Source: a virus (taxonomy: Duplodnaviria; Caudoviricetes). Taken from it: DNA of 40,366 nucleotides. The notes beneath the pieces were generated by a model. The model was not told the origin of the DNA and searched no databases. It saw nothing but the letters and a program-made list of their open reading frames with translations. Both the position numbers and the translations under genes were made by a program. The stretch lies in the IMG/VR virus record IMGVR_UViG_3300032305_000413, positions 1-40,366 of that record, one strand, 5' to 3'. Each line of letters opens with the position of its first letter. Within the stretch, counting starts at the first letter, position 1. Positions 35,156 through 40,366 of the stretch are shown one piece after another.

Positions 35156-35572
35156 TTATGGCTGTGCCTTATGTGAACAAGCCTGACCTTGTGGCTTAGG
35201 ACATGCGTAGAACGCACGGTATGGCTTGCCTGCCTTAGAAATACCTGCAGCAACAAATCGCATTGGACCTCCACCACATGCACACTCAGGTGCTTGTCCT
35301 GAAACTGCTGGTGTTGGTGCTTGGCGTGGAACCGCACCTTGATTGACAACCTGTGCGCCAGGAAATGAATCTGCAATAGTGTTACTTGCCCCCGCTGCAC
35401 GAGCCATGCTTTCTGTTGTTGCTTCAAGGTCAACCAATGTAGCAAGTCTCTGACTTAATTCATCAATCAGTAGGTCAAGTTCTGCACCTGATGATGCACG
35501 AAGGTTGATGAGCATGCCGTCTTTCTTAGTTTTCCAGTTAATCTGGATTGGTGTGTTTTCGATGTTACTCAT
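35156..35572 (-). CDS. Protein with C-terminal GRF-like zinc finger (putative ssDNA-binding/recombination factor)
   Basis: PECACG..M...G.SK.GKPY..FYACP...C motif, located between the exonuclease and the helicase. Confidence 0.55.
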   Translation of the reverse strand: MSNIENTPIQINWKTKKDGMLINLRASSGAELDLLIDELSQRLATLVDLEATTESMARAAGASNTIADSFPGAQVVNQGAVPRQAPTPAVSGQAPECACGGGPMRFVAAGISKAGKPYRAFYACPKPQGQACSHKAQP

Positions 35573-36404
35573 TTGTTTCTCCTAGTTCTGGGTATAGATG
35601 AGAGTTCTTTCCGTTTACTGCATAGCATGCGTGGTTGACTGAACAAGTACTGCACATAAACCCTGGTTGAGGTATGAAGATATTGTTATCAACTGCAATC
35701 TTAAATCCCTTGACATGTGTAGCCAAACGATTCTCTGTGTAGTGGTCTAACTCTACAGGTTCTGTCATCTCTCCTGTGCGAGCCATCCAGTATGCACCCT
35801 TGGTTGGGCGTATGCCCATAATCTTTTCAACAAGGATTGCGTAGGTACCCAACTGGGTGTAGGCAACTGGTGGTTTGCTTGATGTCTTAATATCAATGAC
35901 CGTCAGTTCTCCGTCTGGTGACACCATCAAGCGGTCAAGAAAGCCCTTGATGTTTACGCCACCAACTTCTGTATTAAGTTCTGTTTCTACAGCCTTGGCT
36001 CCATCGGCTAGTTCGTACAGTGTGTACCCACTAACCTCACGGAACTGTACCCAGAAGTCCAGCATCTTGGGTCCATTGTCTAGCCACCAAGAAGCATCTT
36101 CCTTGTTAGGATATGCAGTTGTCTTGCGACCACCAGCACGGAACGGCATGCCATTGTCTGCAAGTTTGTAGTTCTCAACCCAACGCTGTCTAAAGACATC
36201 GCCTGCATCAAACGCTTCTCCTGGTTTAAGGGCATCATAGATTTCTGTACCCTCATGCAAAGACTTACCACCTACCAGCCAGTAGGATGGATTCTCCTGC
36301 ACTTTCTGCACACGAGTGAGGTAGAATGACCAGCCACAGTTAAGCCATGTTGACATGGCGCTGTGGGAGATGTAGTTCTTCCCCGTCTTTTCTTCTAGTG
36401 TCAT
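35565..36404 (-). CDS. Cas4/RecB-like PD-(D/E)XK exonuclease
   Basis: IS.S...WL.C, G.LDR, IDIKT, QL..Y and C..C.....C motifs; start probably ATG 36404 after AAGGAAG. Confidence 0.85.
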   Translation of the reverse strand: MTLEEKTGKNYISHSAMSTWLNCGWSFYLTRVQKVQENPSYWLVGGKSLHEGTEIYDALKPGEAFDAGDVFRQRWVENYKLADNGMPFRAGGRKTTAYPNKEDASWWLDNGPKMLDFWVQFREVSGYTLYELADGAKAVETELNTEVGGVNIKGFLDRLMVSPDGELTVIDIKTSSKPPVAYTQLGTYAILVEKIMGIRPTKGAYWMARTGEMTEPVELDHYTENRLATHVKGFKIAVDNNIFIPQPGFMCSTCSVNHACYAVNGKNSHLYPELGETNE

Positions 36405-36505
36405 GTTACTTCCTTTCAATAGAGGAGACTACTACACAATGTCTCTCCTATTAGAAATGACACGCTTGTAATTCATCGGCGTGTCGCTGTGCGAATTGTT
36501 TTGAT

Positions 36506-36745
36506 ATGATTAAACTCCTGTTCGTGCAGAACGGGTTAAGTATAAGAAGGCTCTGGCGTAAGCCAGAAGCAAAGGCTAACTATAGAGGTTTGCCTACTCA
36601 TGCTTGCCCTTGTGGTGAGAAAGTATTTATTATTTATGCTACCTTTGATGACTACGAAATTTCATTGTATGGTTTAAATGCTGAGTGTAGCGCCTGTGGC
36701 GCTTTGCTTACTGCTCCTTGTTTGGTGGATAAAGATGATGGATAG
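36506..36745 (+). CDS. Zn-ribbon protein (start uncertain)
   Basis: CPCG...CSACG; lone plus-strand gene followed by a terminator. Confidence 0.6.
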   Translation: MIKLLFVQNGLSIRRLWRKPEAKANYRGLPTHACPCGEKVFIIYATFDDYEISLYGLNAECSACGALLTAPCLVDKDDG

Positions 36746-36781
36746 GTTTCTTAACTGTAGGGGAAGCGGTTAAGGAAAAGC

Positions 36782-36828
36782 AAAAAAGCCCCCGCTAACT
36801 AGATTTCTCTAGCGCGGGGGTTTCTTTG
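36782..36828. terminator. Bidirectional intrinsic terminator
   Basis: AAAAAAGCCCCCGC...GCGGGGGTTTCTTT between convergent genes. Confidence 0.75.
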
Positions 36829-36840
36829 TGTCTTAATACA

Positions 36841-37026
36841 TTACTTGGAGCCTCGACCGAACTCAGTTGCGGATGGGTCAAGCCACTTAAGTAGTGGACC
36901 TGCAAAGCCTGCAAGGGCTGCAGCACCCAATGTCTTAAGGTCTGTCTCGCCAGCAAGGTAAAGTGCTACCGCAGCAGATGCCGCAGCACGAAACCATGTC
37001 AGTCCGAGTTGCTTAAATTGTTCCAT
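36841..37026 (-). CDS. Putative holin
   Basis: 61 aa with two hydrophobic helices and a PLLKWLDP...FGR tail; follows the endolysin; AAGGAGG RBS before ATG 37026. Confidence 0.7.
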   Translation of the reverse strand: MEQFKQLGLTWFRAAASAAVALYLAGETDLKTLGAAALAGFAGPLLKWLDPSATEFGRGSK

Positions 37027-37036
37027 TGTTTCCTCC

Positions 37037-37540
37037 TTATTTTTTTGTACCGTGCAACTTGCAACATGTACAAACTTCTGTTGTGTATGCCTTCTTAGCA
37101 GGGGCAGGTACAACTTTTGCAATTACTTGATTAACAATCTTAGGTTGATTCATCCACCAGAACCACGGAGAAGTATCTGCAGAATAAGCGGGGTCAATAG
37201 AAATATGTAGATGCTTATTATGAGGATTACTCCCAGCGTACCGTCTGTTTCCCTGCTTTGCCTTTTCTTTAGACCAGATTTTGCCCTGGAAGATAAGATA
37301 ACTAACACGCTTATCTTCTTTAAGTTTCTCAAAAATTTCAACACAATCAATTCCCTTCTTAGGGTCATGCGTTAAATCAACTGCAAGTCCTGTGTTGTGG
37401 TCAGAGTTAGGACTGGCTTTGATATGAGCAGCACTGGGAAGCAGCCCATCGCTTGCCTTCTTGCGAGTTGGTGCTATAGCCGTTGCTTGCTTGAGAACAG
37501 CAAGGGCAGCAGGTGTGGCTTTCTTGACTACAGGTTTCAT
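37037..37540 (-). CDS. Putative endolysin (Zn peptidase, M15-like)
   Basis: SDH..GLAVD and H..HLHIS Zn-ligand motifs; lysis-cassette context. Confidence 0.7.
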   Translation of the reverse strand: MKPVVKKATPAALAVLKQATAIAPTRKKASDGLLPSAAHIKASPNSDHNTGLAVDLTHDPKKGIDCVEIFEKLKEDKRVSYLIFQGKIWSKEKAKQGNRRYAGSNPHNKHLHISIDPAYSADTSPWFWWMNQPKIVNQVIAKVVPAPAKKAYTTEVCTCCKLHGTKK

Positions 37541-37806
37541 TTTGATTCATCATCCTTCTTCTTACTCTTTAGTCCATTAGCAGATACAATTCCAGCAAGT
37601 GTCCCAGTAAGGAATACAGTGAGGGTGGACACCAACTCTATAAATGCAGCATCATTAGGTGCTTGCTTCATTGGTTGAGTTACAAATACCAATGCCCATA
37701 GCAGGGCAAAGACTGAGCCAGCAAATACCAACGCTAGTATGATGCCAATAATGACAATCAATCTAGCGTGTAATTCTTCTGGGGTATATCTATTTCTTGC
37801 CATCAA
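37537..37806 (-). CDS. Two-TM membrane protein (lysis cassette)
   Basis: Two long hydrophobic segments and a basic tail. Confidence 0.65.
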   Translation of the reverse strand: MMARNRYTPEELHARLIVIIGIILALVFAGSVFALLWALVFVTQPMKQAPNDAAFIELVSTLTVFLTGTLAGIVSANGLKSKKKDDESK

Positions 37807-38008
37807 ATACCTCTGGTAATAAATCGGAGGAACAGGTTCCAGTTACTTCACATTGAGGTGGGTTGCACTCAGGCTTTTCCCAATTCTCATACTCTTGACA
37901 CGGGTATCTAACCCAACCTTGGTACCCGCAACTACTCAGTGCGCTCGCAGAGAATACGATAGATGTCATCAACACGAGCCTCAAGGCGATTGACTTGGTC
38001 TTTAACAC
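37790..38008 (-). CDS. Small Cys-rich lipoprotein
   Basis: GTG 38008 with GGAGG RBS; basic N-region, hydrophobic core and LSSC lipobox. Confidence 0.6.
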   Translation of the reverse strand: MLKTKSIALRLVLMTSIVFSASALSSCGYQGWVRYPCQEYENWEKPECNPPQCEVTGTCSSDLLPEVFDGKK

Positions 38009-38132
38009 TTCCACCTCCATTAGGGCGTAGTTCATAGAGATAATGTTTTACTAACCATCTAACTGCAGTAGCAAATGCAGCAACAAGGGTGCAAAGTGAT
38101 ATGGCTAAACCTAGCCACTGTGCAGGAGTCAT
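37932..38132 (-). CDS. Single-TM protein with short coiled coil (lysis cassette)
   Basis: N-terminal TM followed by PNGGGSVKDQVNRLE, typical of actinophage lysis-region genes. Confidence 0.65.
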   Translation of the reverse strand: MTPAQWLGLAISLCTLVAAFATAVRWLVKHYLYELRPNGGGSVKDQVNRLEARVDDIYRILCERTE

Positions 38133-38148
38133 TTATTTTCCTTATAGT

Positions 38149-40113
38149 TTAGACAACAGTACGAGCAACAACGGTAACAATTCCTCCGTAGCCAGAAAAG
38201 CCTGCCTGTGGTGGAGTTGTTCTTGTAAATGTAACTTGTTCGATAATAGATTCTGTAGGCTCTCCGCCTGCAGTAAAATCTTGGATGATGACAGTTTCAC
38301 CTTGTGCTTCCATTTGCTCAAGGGCTTGAAGGCGGGCTAGTGCATAGCCATCAAAGCCAACAATCTGTCGGTTTCTATCTGTCTCTTTATCAAACAAGAA
38401 GATAGGAATCTGTAGTACGCGAGCGCGAGTAGGTGTAGGTAGCGCCTTAACTGAATAGCCGTAGATGATAGCGCCCTTTGTAGGGTCTGTATCGTTTCTA
38501 TTTAAACGGAACTTAAACTGTGCTTCGGCTGATACCTCTGGAAATACTGAGGCTAAGTCGTAGTCATAGATTGTAGTGGTTCCCTCTGGGATTGTCTGAA
38601 AGGCTATGTCAACGCCATCAATAACACGGAACATATCTATGTCACCTTGCAGCACATCCTCAAGACGAATCTTGATACGCTTCCATGCTTTATTTTCAAA
38701 GGTATCGAAGCGGATAATGCCAGTAATTATCTCACCTGACTCAACATAATCTGTCTGCGACTCTCGCCACATTCCAGAGTTCTCAATAGTAAATGCTTTA
38801 TGATTATTAGCGAATGTAGCAATAAACCATACAGCACCAGTAGTTCCTGCTGCATAAACATCTTTAGCGTATGCATACTTTCCATTGCTTAGTGGCGCAC
38901 CAAGGTTGATGCGAATAAGTCCTGAGTACCCATCTACTTCACCTTTAACCCCAGCAAAAATGTATTCATTGCTGGCAGTAAATGCGTAGATGTCACTGGC
39001 TGATTCGTAAACCAATGGACCATAAGACAGATTACCTTCGGCATCTGCAATGGCAATACGCACACCTCTACTTGTACCAACAGCAACAAATGTACCAAGG
39101 TACCCATATAAGCCTGTGAGTTTCTCGCCTCGTGGCAAGACAAGTACTGTTGTCATGGTGCTTAAAGAACCATTATTGTCAACAGAAATTTTCATGGCTA
39201 AGCCTTCATCACCTGAGAATCCACCAACATAAATGGCTGCACTAGATTCTGTTATACCCATAAAAGAAAAACCAATAGGTAAAGTTGCACTACCATTAAC
39301 AGCGGTAAGTGTGCTTAAGTTAATACTTGAGCCAAGGTTACGAACTAACTCATAGACAAATGTATTTTTATTAACATCTGTATAGCCAAGCATGAAGCGT
39401 TGCTTCACATAAGATATACGCGCTGATGTAGCGTTTGCTGTATTGATTGCATAGTCTTGATGCAGAGCAGGAGTTCCTTCGTCAAATGAGTAGCGCCATA
39501 CTTTCGTAGGCGTAACCATCATCAAGTCATTACCACCCATGGCAGCCCAAAGAATTGCCTCTGTGATTTGACTGTTGTTAATAACTGTTGTTACTGAGCC
39601 AGCAGTAGTAGTCAGTGTTACACGGGCTGTAACGGCTGATGAGCCAGTTACTTTAACAAGATACTCAACACCACTAATGATGGTTGAGAACACGCCAGAG
39701 AGGGCGGTAGATGCCTGTGTAAGGCTTGTAGAGTGGAGCAGTTGCAACTGTCCTGGTGTCCATGGGTCAATGCCTACGGAGTCAGAGAACTGGAACTTAA
39801 CCTCATCAGGTGTGCCAACGATAGGCTCCTGGTATGTGATGCCTCCACCTAAGTGGAAGGATGACTGCGAGCGAATCCAGTAGCCTGAACCAGATAGTGA
39901 TTGCTCACCTGGGTCACGGGCATTGTCAAAACGCTGAGTACGAAACTCTGCAGTCTGTCGCTTGTAAGGAGTCTGGTCCGTAATAGCATAGATGAATGGC
40001 ATGCCACCAATGGCGACATCAAACTTGTATGTGGTTGGGTCATAGTAAGCAGCGGTTCGACCAGATAGGTCAATTATCACGCGCTCGGATATATCAGGTG
40101 GTCTACTTGCCAC
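38149..40113 (-). CDS. Putative tail nozzle / tail tubular protein B
   Basis: 654 aa, beta-rich (propeller-like), AAGGAG RBS, follows the fiber cassette across the junction. Confidence 0.65.
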   Translation of the reverse strand: MASRPPDISERVIIDLSGRTAAYYDPTTYKFDVAIGGMPFIYAITDQTPYKRQTAEFRTQRFDNARDPGEQSLSGSGYWIRSQSSFHLGGGITYQEPIVGTPDEVKFQFSDSVGIDPWTPGQLQLLHSTSLTQASTALSGVFSTIISGVEYLVKVTGSSAVTARVTLTTTAGSVTTVINNSQITEAILWAAMGGNDLMMVTPTKVWRYSFDEGTPALHQDYAINTANATSARISYVKQRFMLGYTDVNKNTFVYELVRNLGSSINLSTLTAVNGSATLPIGFSFMGITESSAAIYVGGFSGDEGLAMKISVDNNGSLSTMTTVLVLPRGEKLTGLYGYLGTFVAVGTSRGVRIAIADAEGNLSYGPLVYESASDIYAFTASNEYIFAGVKGEVDGYSGLIRINLGAPLSNGKYAYAKDVYAAGTTGAVWFIATFANNHKAFTIENSGMWRESQTDYVESGEIITGIIRFDTFENKAWKRIKIRLEDVLQGDIDMFRVIDGVDIAFQTIPEGTTTIYDYDLASVFPEVSAEAQFKFRLNRNDTDPTKGAIIYGYSVKALPTPTRARVLQIPIFLFDKETDRNRQIVGFDGYALARLQALEQMEAQGETVIIQDFTAGGEPTESIIEQVTFTRTTPPQAGFSGYGGIVTVVARTVV

Positions 40114-40143
40114 TATGTCTCCTTAGGTTAGGCATAAAAAATA

Positions 40144-40170
40144 GAGCAGTTTAAACGCATGCTCAGGCGT
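40144..40170 (-). other. Small H-type pseudoknot followed by a U tract (copy B)
   Basis: Minus strand: ACGC-CT-GAGCA-T-GCGT-TTAAAC-TGCTC, then TATTTTTT. Confidence 0.55.
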
Positions 40171-40182
40171 GATAACTATTTG

Positions 40183-40366
40183 TTATTTATATTCTTTGGG
40201 CTGTCTAAACATAGATTTGTAGCGGTCAAAGAACTTGGTTTGTAAACGATTAGTAACTTGTTGTTGTTCAATAAACTCTTCCTGAGAACCTAAACTCATT
40301 TGCCATTTATCACGTTTAATAGGAATAACCTGAGCAATAGGTGTACCTGCAGGAATAAGTCCTTCA
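40183..40366 (-). CDS. 3' part of the junction-spanning 233-aa protein
   Basis: Ends ...NRLQTKFFDRYKSMFRQPKEYK-TAA (40183-40185), in frame with 641-1. Confidence 0.8.
   Translation of the reverse strand, partial: EGLIPAGTPIAQVIPIKRDKWQMSLGSQEEFIEQQQVTNRLQTKFFDRYKSMFRQPKEYK
40244..40366. repeat. Terminal direct repeat, copy 2 (circular assembly overlap)
   Basis: Identical to 1-123. Confidence 0.95.

Noticed and set aside
35565-36404. Cas4-like gene as evidence of a CRISPR-Cas system
   Set aside because: There are no other cas genes or array; solo Cas4/RecB-like nucleases are routine in phage recombination modules.
36795-36812. Terminator loop TTTCTCTAG as a second anti-RBS RNA
   Set aside because: It matches one RBS only imperfectly (CTAGGAGAAA before 35572) and is sequestered in its own CTAGA/TCTAG stem.
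40244-40366. 123-bp end repeat as a biological terminal repeat
   Set aside because: It falls in the middle of a gene, as expected of an assembler overlap. The real ends more plausibly lie near 23.5-24.1 kb.

Overview
The window is an apparently complete, circularly assembled ~40.2 kb tailed-phage genome. Bases 1-123 repeat at 40244-40366, and one gene runs across that junction. It looks podovirus-like: N4-gp56-type capsid protein, tail tube/nozzle genes, large internal virion proteins and no tape measure. A whiB gene, an HslV-like protease, a split primase and CRP/GlxR boxes point to an actinobacterial host; a low-GC freshwater lineage is an inference. Layout: packaging and structural genes on the minus strand (23.5 kb to 1, continuing 40.3 to 36.8 kb with the lysis genes); a non-coding probable genome end (23.5-24.1 kb); a plus-strand early region of small genes (24.2-29.7 kb); and a minus-strand replication operon (36.4 to 29.8 kb). 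No DNA polymerase, integrase or repressor is recognisable. The most unusual signal is non-coding and lies in the early region. (i) A ~70-nt sRNA candidate with its own promoter and terminator (29699-29769) has a loop antisense to the GACAGGAGA ribosome-binding motif shared by early genes. (ii) Three covarying ~47-nt mini-tRNA-like elements. (iii) Four perfect TGTGA-N6-TCACA boxes at fixed spacing from -35 hexamers. (iv) At least 25 copies of a TTAAGAC half-palindrome in 5.5 kb. All counts, folds and family calls were made by eye and need computational confirmation.
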